Part shown: piece by piece, positions 35,713 to 48,939 of the stretch
Layout of the letters: each line of letters begins with the position of its first letter
Position numbering within the stretch: position 1 is the stretch's first letter
DNA from: Eledone cirrhosa
Taxonomy: Eukaryota
Length of the DNA: 64,000 nucleotides
Direction: 5' to 3'
Assembly: GCA_964016885.1 (NCBI GenBank)
Contig: OZ024759.1
Coordinates: forward strand, 62,001 to 126,000
Notes under the pieces: generated by a model
Seen by the model: only the letters and a program-made list of their open reading frames with translations
What the model was told of the DNA's origin: nothing
The model's database searches: none
Made by a program: the position numbers and the translations under genes

Positions 35713-38050
35713 TGGAAAGTATGACAGGATTGGGGAAAGTAGAGAAGACTATCAAGTGGCCAGGAGGGAAGCTAGGAGACAAGTGTACTTTGCAAGAAGG
35801 GAAGCAGAGGATAATAAGTTCAAGCATGTTCTACAATGCGAGGACCAAAAACGTGAGGTGTTCAGGATTGCTAGGCAATGTGTCAAGGAAAACCATGATA
35901 TTGTCGGGAGAGGTGTGTCCGTAATGATGATGGTGTACTTGCCATCACTGACACTGATAAGAAGGTAGCTTGGAAGTGTCACTACGAAAGGCTACTAAAT
36001 GAGGAGAATAAATGGGACAAAGGTAGTCTGCCCCACATCGATCCAATAGAGGGACCAGCGGTGCAGGTTAAAGGTAGTATAATAAGTAAGGCAATCAGAG
36101 ATATGAAGACAGGCAAGGCATCTGGGCCTTTGGAGATAGTTGCTGAAATGCTGAAAGCATCTGGAACGGTGGGATACACTATGGTCACCCGGATAGTAAA
36201 CCAAGTCATACAGAACGGGGTCATACCAAATGACTGGCGTAGCAGCAGCATCATTAACTGCTACAAGGGTAAAGGAGATGCACTAGATAGAGGAAACTAT
36301 AGAGGCATTAAATTAATTGACCAGGTCATTAAGGTCACAGAAAAAGTGATAGCGCAACTAATCAGAGAGCGATTTGATCTAGATGAAATGCAGTTCAGGT
36401 TTGTGTCAGGTAAAAGTACCACAGACGCCCTTTTCCTTGTACGACAACTACAGGAGATAATTACCTAGTTAAAAGTAAACCTCTATACTTAGCTTTTGTT
36501 GACTTGGAGAAAGCATTTGACAGAGTCCCCGCGCCATTATCTGGTGGGCTCTTAAAAAACTAGGGGTTGATGAATGGCTTGTGAGAACTATACAAGCCAT
36601 GTATAAAGAAACAGTCAACAAGGTTAGCATAAACAAGGAATATAGTGAAGAATTTAGTGTAAAAGTTGGTGTTCATCAAGGCTCTGTCCTTAGCCCCCTC
36701 CTATTTATTATTGCCCTTCAGGCTATAACAGAGGAGTTCAAGACCGGCTGCCCATGGGAACTTCTATATGCAGATGATCTAACGCTCATAGCTGAATCAA
36801 TGGCTGAACTAAAGAAATTCCAAACATGGAAGCAGGCCTAGAATCAAAAGGCCTTAAAGTTAACTTGTCTAAGACTAAAGTTCTAGTATGTAGGAAGGAA
36901 AATAGGGCACAGGTCCCCTCTGGGAATTGGCCATGCTCAGTGTGTAGGAAAGGAGTAGGCAGAAACTCTATTTTATGTCCCAAATGCAAACTATGGGTGC
37001 ATAAAAGATGTAGTGGGATCACAGGTAAGCTATCTAAGAACTTAGATTTTATATGTGGCCAGTGCTCAGGTGCAATAAGTAGTAAGTGCCCACAGGATAC
37101 TAGCTCCTTCTATTGCCCAGATGGCTCTATAGAAATAGTGGACACCTTCCGTTACCTGGGTGACAAAATCAGCAGTGGTGGAGGGTGCTCTGAAAGTACA
37201 GTAGCCAGAGTCAGAACGGGATGGAAAAAGTTCAGAGAGCTTATACCGCTGTTGGCCACAAAAGGTTTCTCTCTAAAAATGAAAGGCAGATTGTATGATG
37301 CCTGTATATGAACAGCAGTGTTACATGGCAGTGAGACATCGGCCTTGTGTGCAGACTGGAGAGGAACGAAGCTTGCATGCTCCGTTGGATGTGTAATAGT
37401 AATATACGCGAACGGCAAAGCATAAATGAACTAAGGGAGAAATTAGGAATAAGAGGGATCACATGCTGTTTACTCGAGAGAAGACTACTTTGGTATGGCC
37501 ACGTGATGCACTTGAAAGACGACAGCTGAATAAAAAAGTGCAGGGCGATCAAAATTGATTGTAGTTATGGAGTAGGTAGACCCAGAAAAACCTGGGACGA
37601 CTTGATAAATTCCAACCTCACACACTTGCACCTCTCTAAGACAATGTCACTGGACCAAGATCTTTGGCACCACACAGTAATACAGAAGACCTGCCTTGTC
37701 TATGTACAAAGCGAAACCTAGTCACTAGGCACCTCTCAACCAAATATACACCTCCGTCCCACCCCCATCTACACCACCTCTTTCTCTGTAAAGTTATGTT
37801 GGTACCACAACATTCAGTCCTAAATAAATGAGGTCGTGTCGGTGTCACAACAAAAAAACACACAGTAAAAACACACGGTAAAAACCTCCCAGTCCACACT
37901 GTAAATGTGGTTGGTGTTAGGAAGGGCATCAAGCCGTAGAAAACCCGCCAGACAGTCCTGAGAAAGGGATAATTCAAATGGGACAATTCCCATCTAATCC
38001 ATGCTAGCATGGAAGGTGGACGTTAAACGATGATGATGATGATGATGATG
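35713..38050 (+). mobile_element. RTE LINE, 5'-truncated, degenerate
   Basis: KGKGDALDRGNYRGIKL, DLEKAFD, HQGSVLSP, LLYADD, zinc-finger insert WPCSVC...CPKCKLWVHKRCSG, RRLLWYGHV, GGAAGGGCATC tail and (GAT)n. Confidence 0.92.
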
Positions 38051-38242
38051 ACACACGCAGTAAATGACCGATAAGTTTTTAAAAAGCCGGTACAATGCAG
38101 TAGAAAATAGGAAGGTGGAGTGATGGTAAATGAAAGTAATGTTTTACCCAGTGTATGATATTACAGGGTACCTTCTCTTCAGATGCAGGGTTGAACCTGT
38201 TTAAGATAAAAGAAACAAACAGAACAAAAATGGCCTGGATAC

Positions 38243-39997
38243 GCAACAGATGCAGCAAGGGTAGCATCAGATGCAGTGAGGGTAGCAACAGATGCAGCAA
38301 GGGTAGCGACAGATGCAGTGAGGGTAGCCGACAGATGCAGTGAGGGTAGCGACAGATGCAGCAAGGGTAGCGACAGATGCAGCAAGGGTAGCAACAGATG
38401 CAGCAAGGGTAGCAACAGATGCAGTGAGGGTAGCAACAGATGCAGCAACGGTAGCGACAGATGCAGTGAGGGTAGCAATAGATGCAGTGAGGGTAGCAAC
38501 AGATGCAGCAAGGGTAGCAACCAATGCAGTGAGGGTAGCAACAGATGCAGCAAGGGTAGCGACAGATGCAGTGAGGGTAGCGACAGATGCAACAAGGGTA
38601 GCAACAGATGTAGCGAGGGTAGCGACAGATGCAGTGAGGTTAGCCGACAGATACAGCAAGGGTAGCAACAGATGCAACTAAGGTAACAGCAGATACAGCA
38701 AGGGTAGCAACAGATGCAGCAAGGGTAGCAATAGATGCAGCGAAGGTAACAACAGATGCAGCGAGGGTAGCGACATGCAGTGAGGGTAGCAACAGATGCA
38801 GCGAGAGTAGCGACAGATGCAGCGAAGGTAGCGACAGATGCAGCGAGGGTAGCGACAGATGCAGCAAGGGTAGCGACAGATGCAGCAAGGGTAACGACAG
38901 ATGCAGCAAGGGTAGCGACAGATGCAGCAAGGGTAGCGACAGATGTAGCGAGGGTAGCAATAGATGCAGAGAGGGTAGCAACAGATGCAGTGAGGGTAGC
39001 AACAGATGCAGCAAGGGTAGCGACAGATGCAGTGAGGGTAGCAACAGATGCAGCAAGGGTAGCGACAGATGCAGTGAGGGTAGCGACAGATGCAGTGAGG
39101 GTAGCAACAGATGCAGCAAGGGTAGCGACAGATGCAGTGACGGTAGCGACAGATGCAGCAAGGGTAGCGACAGATGCAGTGAGGGTAGCAACAGATGCAG
39201 CAAGGGTAGCGACAGATGCAGTGAGGGTAGCGACAGATACAGCAAGGGTAGCGACAGATGTAGCAAGGGTAGCAATAGATGCAGCAAGGGTAGCGACAGA
39301 TGCAGTGAGGGTAGCGACAGATGCAGTGAGGGTAGCAACAGATGCAGCAAGGGTAGCGACAGATGCAGTGAGGGTAGAAACAGATGCAGCAAGGGTAGCG
39401 ACAGATGCAGTGAGGGTAGCGACAGATGCAACAAGGGTACCAACAGATGTAGCGAGGGTAGCGACAGATGCAGTGAGGGTAGCCGACAGATGCAGCGAGG
39501 GTAGCGACAGATGCAGCGAGGGTAGCAACAGATGCAGTGAGGGTAGCGACAGATGCAGTGGAGGTAGCAACAGATGCAGTGAGGGTAGCTATCATGCAGT
39601 GAGGGTAGCCGACAGATACAGCAAGGGTAGCATCAGATGCAGTGAGGGTAGCGACAGATGCAGTGGGGGTAGCAACAGATGCAACAAGGGTAGCGACAGA
39701 TGCAGCGAGGGTAGCGACAGATACAGCAAGGGTAACGACAGATGTAGTGAGGGTAGCCGATAGATGTAGCGAGGGTAGTGACAGATGTAGTGAGGGTAGC
39801 GACAGATGTAGTGAGGGTAGCCGACAGATGCAGCGAGGGTAGCGACAGATGCAGCGAGGGTAGCGACAGATGCAGCGAGGGTAGCGAGAGATGCAGCGAG
39901 GATAGCGACAGATACAGCAAGGGTAGCGACAGATGCAGCGAGGGTAGCGACAGATGCAGCGAGGGTAGCGACAGATACAGCGAGGGTAGCTGACAGA
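38243..39997. repeat. Minisatellite, ~80 copies of a 21-bp unit GGGTAGC(A/G)ACAGATGCAG(TG/CA/CG)A
   Basis: Direct reading. Source of the RVATDAA/SVATLAA pseudo-ORFs. Confidence 0.97.
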
Positions 39998-40280
39998 CAT
40001 ATTAACATGGTGGAATTCCAGAGAGTTCTCACTGAAAACAGCTACTCTACTTCTCTCACCAAATACTGAAAGACCAAGGCAGCAACACATAGAGGAACAA
40101 GGAGGACACCTGCCCCTAAGGATAACATTTTCAACCTAAAACTACCACATTTCAATGAGAAGATGACCACTGCCATCAGACAAGCCATCCACAGACACTG
40201 ACCTACATAAAATGATATGTGCACACTTCCTCTTTCATTAACATCGCAGAAGTGTGCATGAGAGCACATGTGATCTATAA

Positions 40281-40812
40281 CAGGTGTCGCCACGGGTGGT
40301 CCACACACCTCTGCTGGCATTTATAATTTTGTTATATTTAATAGGTGCATTTCATATTAATAAAATGGAAGTACTCTGATCATTATTTTACAAATGATAT
40401 ACACCCAATAACACCCCGCCCCACACTCCCTACCCTATCCTGCCATTTCCGTCCCATGTAAAGTGGTCATGTCAGTGTCAAAACAAAAAGCACCCAGTCC
40501 ACACTGTAAAGTGGTTGTGTAGGTAACACGGTAAAAAGGCTCCCAGTCCACACTGTAAATGTGGTTGGTGTTAGGAAGGGCATCCAGCTATAGAAAACCT
40601 GCCAGAGACAGTTCTGTATGAGTGAGACACGGTCACCTGACCAACCCCACTTCAAGCGGAACAAACTCATCTAACCCATGCTAAAGTGGACGATGGATGT
40701 TAAATGATGATGATGATGATTTATCTTTTTAAAAAAATTCATATTAGAGGTCCGTGGGATTTAAAATAATTAATTTAGTGGTCTGTGAGGTGTGAAAGTT
40801 TGGCGACCACTG
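40281..40812. mobile_element. Non-autonomous hAT-type element containing an RTE/SINE tail fragment (~40460-40720)
   Basis: Imperfect TIRs CAGGTGTCGCCA / TGGCGACCACTG; 8-bp TSD ATCTATAA / GTCTATAA. Confidence 0.6.
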
Positions 40813-41016
40813 GTCTATAATATCACGTGTAATACTGCTCCTCATACATTGAAAGTACCATTAGGAGACTGCACATCCAGATGAAGGATCATGTGACATT
40901 GAAAACCTGTCAATAATAACCCTGAAACATCAGGTTGAAATGTACTTGCTAAAACATGGCTTTGTTTTATTTGTCATCCTTTAACCCTTTAACATTTACA
41001 TTACTCTATATATACT

Positions 41017-42236
41017 AGAGAATAAATTCCAAACCTGGAAGCAGGGACTAGAGAGAAAGGGCCTCAAAGTCAACATGACAAAGACTAAGGTCCTTGTAAG
41101 TAGACGAGAAAACAGAACCCAGATCCCCTCAGGGAAATAGCCTTGCTCAGTATGTAGGAAAGGTGTAGGTAGGAACTCTATTCTCTGCCCCAAATGCAAA
41201 CAATGGGTACACAAGAGATGTAGCGGGATCTCAGGAAGCTTAATTAAGAATGTAGGATTCACATGCAGCAGCTGTGCTGAAACAGCAAGCAAACAGCCAC
41301 AGGAAACAAGTACCACCAATCTCTGGGAGGGCCCTGTAGAAACAGTAGACAGCTTCTGCTACCTAGGTGACCGAATTAGCAACGGAGGTGGGTGCTCAGA
41401 AGGTACAATAACTAGGGTAAGAACGGGATGGAAGAAGTTTAGGGAACTACTACCACTGCTAGCTGCAAAAGGCTTCTCCCTCAGAATGAAAGGCAGACTG
41501 TATGATGCGTGTATCCGAACAGCGATGTTGCATGGTAGTGAGACCTGGGCGCTGAAGGTGGAAGACTTACGTAGATTAGAGAGAAACGAAGCCTGCATGC
41601 TCCGATGGATGTGTAACAGTAATATACGTGAACGACAAAGCATAAAGGAATTGAGAGAGAGACTGAGCATAAGAGGAATCAAATGCTGCATGCAGGAGAG
41701 GCGGTTACGCTGGTATGGACATGTGATGCGTATGAAGGATGACAGCTGCATAAAAAGGTGCAGAGCACTAGAAGTTGATAGAAACCGCGGAGTGGGGAGA
41801 CCCAAGATGACTTGGGATGAGGTGATAAAAGCCGACCTTACCCAACTACACCTCTCAAAGTCAATGACACACGACCGTGACTCCTGGCGTCACGCAGTAA
41901 TACAGGGTACCCTACCTCCCATGGGTACATGCTGAAGCATATAAACAATATGCCCCCACTCCCCCCACCGCAAGGTGGTCGTGGAGGTGCCACGGCAAAA
42001 AAGCACCCAGCCCACACTGTAAAGTGGACGTGTAGGCGCCACGAAAAAGCACCCAGCACTCACTGTAAATGAGGTTGGTGTTAGGAAGGGCATCCAGCTG
42101 TAGAAATCAAGCCAGATCAGTTCCTGTATGAGCAAGGCATGGTCAGCCGACCAGACACTGCCCACAACAGGACAACCCGTCTAACCCATGCTAGCGTGGA
42201 AGAACGGACGTAAAACGGTGATGATGATGATGATGA
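41017..42236 (+). mobile_element. RTE LINE 3' part, inserted in the first 72-bp unit
   Basis: GLKVNMTKTK, LYDACIRTAMLHGSETW, RRLRWYGHV, GRPKMTW; SINE-like tail and (GAT)n; ATACT on both sides. Confidence 0.92.
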
Positions 42237-42723
42237 TACTATTGTATTTTCACAGTAAAGGCTTTACCTCACATAATATCTCACATAACATTTACATTAC
42301 TCTATATATACTATTGTATTTTCACACTAAAGGCTTTACCTTACATAATATCTCACATAACATTTACATTACTCTATATATACTATTGTAGTTTCACAGT
42401 AAAGGCTTTACCTCACATAATATCTCACATAACATTTACATTACTCTATATATACTATTGTATTTTCACACTAAAGGCTTTACCTTACATAATATCTCAC
42501 ATAACATTTACATTACTCTATATATACTATTGTAGTTTCACAGTAAAGGCTTTACCTCACATAATATCTCACATAATATTTACATTACTCTATATATACT
42601 ATTGTATTTTCACAGTAAAGGCTTTACCTCACATAATTCCACAGATAACATTTACATTACTCTATATATACTATTGTATTTTCACAGTAAAGGCTTTACC
42701 TCTCATAATATCTCACATAACAT
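42237..42723. repeat. 72-bp tandem array (~6.7 units)
   Basis: ATTGTATTTTCACAGTAAAGGCTTTACCTCACATAATATCTCACATAACATTTACATTACTCTATATATACT. Confidence 0.95.
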
Positions 42724-45700
42724 CTCGTATACGAGAGACGTATGTTGACGTGTGTGAACAAGCTCGGCTACCGAGTCGGATTTACTTACTCAAAAGTGAG
42801 TTTTGATTAATTTTTTTATACTGTAATATACGTTAACCCCTTGCCTTGGTCGTCAAACTTTGAGTTTATTTATTTTCGCCCCTTTTTGGGGCGAATTTTC
42901 CAGTTAAAAATTTATTACGGCAAATTAATAGAAATGGACGGAATTTTCACATCTCATCCTAACAAGAAAGCCACGCCCCCTAAGAAAGGTGATACAGAGA
43001 AGCTAGAAGCACAAGGCTCTAAGTCTTCCCTCCTCACTTCTGCAAAAGAAACATGGAACACGGAATTAAAAGAAAAATTTGTAAAAATGGGTGAAAACCC
43101 AGAAAGTCACATAAACGCAGACAAAAACAACAATGACAATAACAGCAATAGTCACAACACCAACCAAGGAAAAAATAACGATAACACCAAACAAAGCGAA
43201 CCCACTACTGGTGCCTCCTTTGCACAGGCAGTCCAGAAAACACAGACCTGCAAGCAACTGGACATTACAACTCTGAGAGAAAAGATGAAGGAAGCAAAAC
43301 AGTATGTAACTTTCAAAGAAGGAAGAGACTTCACAATCACCTCCCCACAAGAAATCAAAAGAGACACGACACTAAGAACGATATCTTTCAGAACAATTTC
43401 CAACATAACAAGGAAACCAGCTCAATTATCCCAAAAAGAGATTGAGCTGGTCCTGAAAAATGTGTGGAGTGATATATCGTTCATACAAAAAGGGCCACTC
43501 TATGGGAATATAACGGTGCTAATGAAGGATCAATTGATGCCCAGGAAATACACTGTGGCGCCAATTGTTTCCAAGCTACACACATTTTTCCCCACATATT
43601 TAGGGAAAAGAACGCAGAAAATAAGGGTCTCCGGAATCCGGCCAAATGCATGCATTTCCTGGGTACTAACAGGATTTTTAGAAGACGAGGACGGAATCCT
43701 CTCAGTAGGAGAAGTCACAACAGACGTTTTCGGCGGTTTGAGCATGGAGGTTCTGGTCCAAATGAAACCAGAACGAATAGCTAGAATACCACAGAGGGTG
43801 TCCCTCGATGGAGAAACATTTATATATATTTCAGCCGAGGGTAGGAGGCCCATATGTTACTACTGTTCAAGCAGGGGGTCATCTAAGGGCTGCCTGTCCT
43901 CAATTGACAAAAAAAAAGGCTCTTTTGCCTACACCCCACACACCACCACCGCCACCGCCACCACCACCACCTCCACCACCACCACCACCACAACAACAAC
44001 AACAAAAACAACACGGAAAAATAACACGGCCCCACCCAAAACAACTCCAAAAACACACACAAACACAACAAAACCCCAAAATACACCACTACCCGACAGC
44101 ACGGACGAGGACCCAGCTGAAACGGCACCTAGTGACGAAGAGGGGGGACCATTCCAACCTGTAAAAAGGAAAAAAAGAAAGCACCACTCGAACATAAACG
44201 AAACAAACACACAACCACCAACAAAAACAAAACAAACAGAACAAACAAAAACCACTCCACCCCAAAATATAAGACATACAACAAAACGTAAGCGCACACA
44301 AGAACAACAAACAAACACAACACAAATAAAACAGTATACATACATTAACACAAATAACAAAGAACTAGTAAAAACAATACACAAAGACCCTTCGGTGGAA
44401 ACTGAAGGGCAATTCTTTGCAAGCGCGGCCAACAAACCGCATTTAAAAATGATAAGACTCCCAATGGACACCTATGCACGTTGGGACTATGTAGGGGCAA
44501 GTGCCAATAGAGGGGGGTGTAAAAGCCTCAAAAGGTTAATCGGCCGATTTGACCTGGCCGATAGATATCGACTAGATTTTCCGACTGTACCACTATGGAC
44601 GTGGACCAATCGCAGCGGAACATCTAGGTCGTACCTAGATAGAGTCCTAGTTAGAGAGAAGGATAGGGACACATTTAGCTGTCCAAAAATGTTCATGGTT
44701 GACTATTCGGATAGAACCCATAGATAGGGACCCGGTTACTGGAAGCTGAACTTGTCCTTACCGACAAGCAAAGCTTACAGTAAACGGATTAGCACATTAG
44801 TTAAGCAGAGTTTGACAGGGGCAATTGTCAACAACAGGTGGTGGAGCTCTCTTAAGAGAGCAATTAGAATAGAATCAATAGGTTTTAGTCAGGAATTAGC
44901 AAGGGATAGGAACAAGACGGAAAGGGAATTAGTAGATAGAGTAGAAGAGGCGATTAGGAGTGGCAATGTAGACCAGTTCTTTGAGGTGAAGCATGAAGGC
45001 TGCGTTGTCAGGAGTAAAATACGTGCTCTGGGTAATGAGGGAGCCAAAGCTGTTAGCTGGGCCCGAGTGACAGAGGCAAAAAGTGGGAACAAGTCCACAA
45101 TTCGGTCTTTGAAGGACCAGGATGGGCGTGTGATCCTTGAGCCTGGGCAGATGTGTGCGGCCTTTCAGCGGCACTTTGCACAACTGTTCGAGAGGGGCGG
45201 CGCGCCGGGTGAGACTATGGATTTCAATACATACCTCGACGGTCTGCCGCGCCTCTCGGACGCGGAGGCGAAGTCCTGCGAAAGGACGATTTCAGCTGCT
45301 GAGATAGGGGCGGTGCTGAGCCAATGCGGCAAACGCAAATCCCCGGGTCTCGATGGTCTACCATACGAGCTATATGTAGCGATGCCGGACTTGTTCTCTG
45401 ATATCCTCGAAGCGGTCTACTGCAACTGGCAGCAGAACGGGAGAATTCCCAGTTCTGTGACCAAGGTCGTAGTTACGCTGGTGAGGAAGGACGAGAACAA
45501 GGGGGATGACATAAGTAACTCCAGGCCCATAACTCTGCTAAATATAGAGTTAAAGATTTTGGCCAAGGTGTTAGCGAAGAGGTTGGCGCTTGTCGTTGGA
45601 AACCTGGTGGGAGAAGCGCAGACATGCGCAATCCCGTCCAGGTCCATTCACGACAATCTCCACCTTATGCGATACATCATAGAGAGGGTAGGAATGAACC

Positions 45701-47643
45701 CGGCTTTGGTGGGGCCCTGATCAACTTGGATCAATCTAAAGCTTTCGATAGGGTTGACCATCGTTACCTGGATGCGGTGCTCGCGGCGGCAGGCTTCGGA
45801 CCCGTTTTCAGGGGTTGGATTGCTGCGATGCACAGTAGCAACGTCTGCTCAAGGGTCAAGGTGAACGGCCACCTCTCGGAGCCGTTCCAAATCATGCGAT
45901 CCATCCGACAGGGATGCCCTCTCTCCTCCCTTCTGTATGTGCTGGCTCTTGAGCCACTACTGCGGAAGTTGGAGCGGTTGCAGGGCATCCCTTTGGAACC
46001 GGGATTGCAGAAAGCGGCGTCGGCCTACGCCGATGACGTGACAGTAATGGTGTCGAAAACCTCGCAAATCGGTGAGATCGGCACCTTACTGGAGGAATAT
46101 GAAAGGTTTACAGGAGCCAAGCTGAACCGGGACAAGTCCGTCGGTTTGCAACTCGGAACATGGAGAGGCAAACCGATGCCCTCCAATGACGTCGTCGGAC
46201 GCTGGACGGAGGGCCCGGTGAAGCTGCTTGGGGTTTGGTTCGGACCAGACCTCCAGGTGGAGAAAAACTGGAACGAGGTAACGGTCAGGGTGTTAGCACT
46301 CACCCAGAAGTGGGCCCAGTGCAAACTATCCCTGAAAGGTCGAGCGGAGGTGGCGAATACTTATATAGCATCCGTCATCTACTACCGCTTGACCGTCGTG
46401 CCTTGCCCAGTGAAAAGACTCGCCAAAATGGAGTGCACGCTGTTCCAATTTCTTTGGAACAAGCGGACCCCTTTGGTGAGGAGATCCATCTGCTGTCAAC
46501 ACCCTTCGAAAGGAGGGCTGGGGATGCCGTGGCTACAGATGCGTAAACACCCATTAAGGCTACGGCACCTCCAGGTATTCCTCACCGGTCAACCGGTGTG
46601 GGCCCCGTTTGTGAGGCGAGCCTTTTCCAGACTCGTCTCGCTCACCGAGCTGCAATCCTGGGTCAAGCAAAGACTGAGAAAAGTGGGCGACTGGCACATT
46701 GAATGTGCCCAGGCGCTCACGGCCCTCTGGAAAGCAGACCCAGCAATCAGTGGAGACTCCACCTCGACATTCTATAGAGGGTTGGTACGCAGCAGGTGCG
46801 ACGATACTCTCGGAGAAGCTCTAGGCATGGAGGAAGATGAACTGGCCAGTCTGTTCGGTAGGACGTTTGGCCCTGGACCGATGGACAACTTCCAAAAGTC
46901 CCTGGCTTGGCAGTGCTACCGAGGGGCTCTACCCGTTCGAGACAAGCTCCACAGGCATGGGAGCCTGGGTAGGGATCCTTTGAATAAGATCTGTCCGAGA
47001 TGCGTGCATGACGACGAAACCGTTGCGCACGCATTCGTACACTGCCCAGGCATTGCTGACCTGTGAGGCTATGTGGAACGACTACTGTCGAGGGTGGGAC
47101 CAATCCGGTTGACCACCGAGTCCATTGTCACGATCAAACCGCCTCCCCCTTTCAAAAACGAAGGAGAGGCAGTTTTTCTCTGTGTGATAGCCATGGCTAA
47201 AGAAGTTGTATGGTGGACGAGGCTGAAAGGGCTGAGGTCAGACACCTTTCTCTCCGGCCAACAACTGGTCCCCTTTTTCAAATACCATTTTAAAAGAAGG
47301 ATCAGAATGGAGAGAGAGGTGCTCTACCTCAGCAAGTTTTATGAAAGGTGGGTGAAAGTAGGGAGAATGGCCAGAGTGAATGGGTCTTCTCTCTATATCA
47401 GCCTGTAGGTGAAAGAAGAGGAAAAAGAGGAGACGAGGGAAGCACCTACTCTTTGTGCTCCTGAGGAGAAGGGTTGCACATTTTTTCCGGGGTGTGTGCG
47501 ACCCATGTTAATGCCCCCTCCCTATTGAGGACTTCGTTTGTTGTTGTTATTTCATTGTTATATTTTTGTACTCGTTAATTATATGTAAACTTCCCCCCTT
47601 GTATCTGTCCCTACCTTTTGTGCCCTAGTGGCAAATAAAGAAA
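42724..47643 (+). mobile_element. L1/Tx1-type LINE, near full length with internal deletions and frameshifts
   Basis: ORF1 from ATG 42933 with knuckle CYYC...GHLRAAC (frameshifted). APE C-half WTW...RSYLDR...SD. RT KSPGLDGL, RPITLLN, LDQSKAFDRVDH, RQGCPLS, AYADD. CCHC CPRC..DETVAHAFVHC. AATAAA at 47634. Confidence 0.93.
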
Positions 47644-47973
47644 TCACTCTATATATACTATTGTATTTTCACAGTAAAGGCTTTACCTCACATAATATCT
47701 CACATAACATTTACATTACTCTATATATACTATTGTATTTTCACAGTAAAGGCTTTACCTCACATAATATCTCACATAACATTTACATTACTCTATATAT
47801 ACTATTGTATTTTCACAGTAAAGGCTTTACCTCACATAATATCTCACATAACATTTACATTACTCTATATATATACTATTGTATTTTCACAGTAAAGGCT
47901 TTACCTCACATAACAATTACATTACTCTATATATACTATTGTATTTTCACAGTAAAGGCTTTACCTCACATAA
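47644..47973. repeat. Continuation of the 72-bp tandem array (~4.5 units)
   Basis: Same unit as 42237-42723. Confidence 0.95.
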
Positions 47974-48438
47974 TTATCTTACACAATGTCGAATCTACGA
48001 GATATTGATATTATTTATTTTGAGAACAATACTGTAACGTAAGTATGTGTGGCTGGTTACAACCAGTTTGAACAGAAAGAGGTGAGATAATTCTGGCCAG
48101 TAATGACCGGTTTAAATACTAAAGGTTTAAAAGGAGAAAAACAGATAGCATGTCACTATGGCACCCCTATGACTCAGGACATTGCTGGAGAGCTAAAGAC
48201 AAAATTGTTAGTGAAGTTGATACAAAGCATTGTGAGATACGTAATGAAAGAGGGTAATAACCCTGAAATATCATATTGAAATATATTGGCTAAAACATTT
48301 TTTTAAATTTCTCATCCTTTGCCCTTTATATATTTCTACCACATTGCAGCAGCTTTCTGAAACTTATCAGTCATTCAGCATTGTTATTGTTATTATTATT
48401 TGAGACTTTCTTTGAGTTCTGCTTCTTTCCCAAGTCAT

Positions 48439-48550
48439 GCCAAGTGTCAACCTGATACATAGGGAGCCAAGTGTCAACCTGATACATAGGGAGCCAAGTG
48501 TCAACCTGATACATAGGGAGGCAAGTGTCAACCTGATACATAGGGAGGCA
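48439..48550. repeat. 4 copies of a 27-bp unit GCCAAGTGTCAACCTGATACATAGGGA
   Basis: Direct reading. Confidence 0.95.
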
Positions 48551-48674
48551 AAATTTGATGATACTCATATTTTACAATCAATTATTATACAAATGTCTTT
48601 ACAAGGTTTTAAAATTGATAATGTCATTCTTAGGACAGGGACAGAACCAGTCAGCAATATTTTTCTGTATCTCA

Positions 48675-48892
48675 AGAGGGCGGTGTATTGGCAGTATCGG
48701 TAGAGGGTCGGACACCATGCTTTGCAGCATAGAGTTACGGCCCTTTATGATCTGAGTTCAAATCCCGCCCAGGTCAACTTTGCCTATCATCCTTACGGGG
48801 TCGATAGAATAAAGTACCAGTTACGCACTGGGGGTCGATTTAATCGACTTTCCTCTCCCCAAAATTGTTGGCCTTGTGCCTAAATAAGAAAC
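48675..48892 (+). mobile_element. Full-length tRNA-derived SINE (family B) with 20-bp TSD
   Basis: A-box-like TGGCAGTATCGG, B box GAGTTCAAATCCC; TSD CAATATTTTTCTGTATCTCA at 48655 and 48893. Confidence 0.88.
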
Positions 48893-48939
48893 CAATATTT
48901 TTCTGTATCTCAGAGATGGCTTTCCAGGTATCCAGTCCA

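Larger units (their letters stand above)
40985..48126. mobile_element. piggyBac-type MITE expanded by a 72-bp array and two nested LINEs
   Basis: TTAA|CCCTTTAACATTTA at 40981-40998 and TAAATACTAAAGGT|TTAA at 48113-48130: imperfect TIRs with TTAA TSD. Confidence 0.6.

Noticed and set aside
38179-40090. Long repetitive ORFs (SVATLAA, RVATDAA, CICRYP; antifreeze- or metallothionein-like)
   Set aside because: A 21-bp minisatellite open in several frames on both strands, with frequent frame-breaking indels.
40040-40210. Possible PLE linker fragment (NIFNLKLPHFNEKMTTAIRQAI)
   Set aside because: Too short and without catalytic motifs to call.
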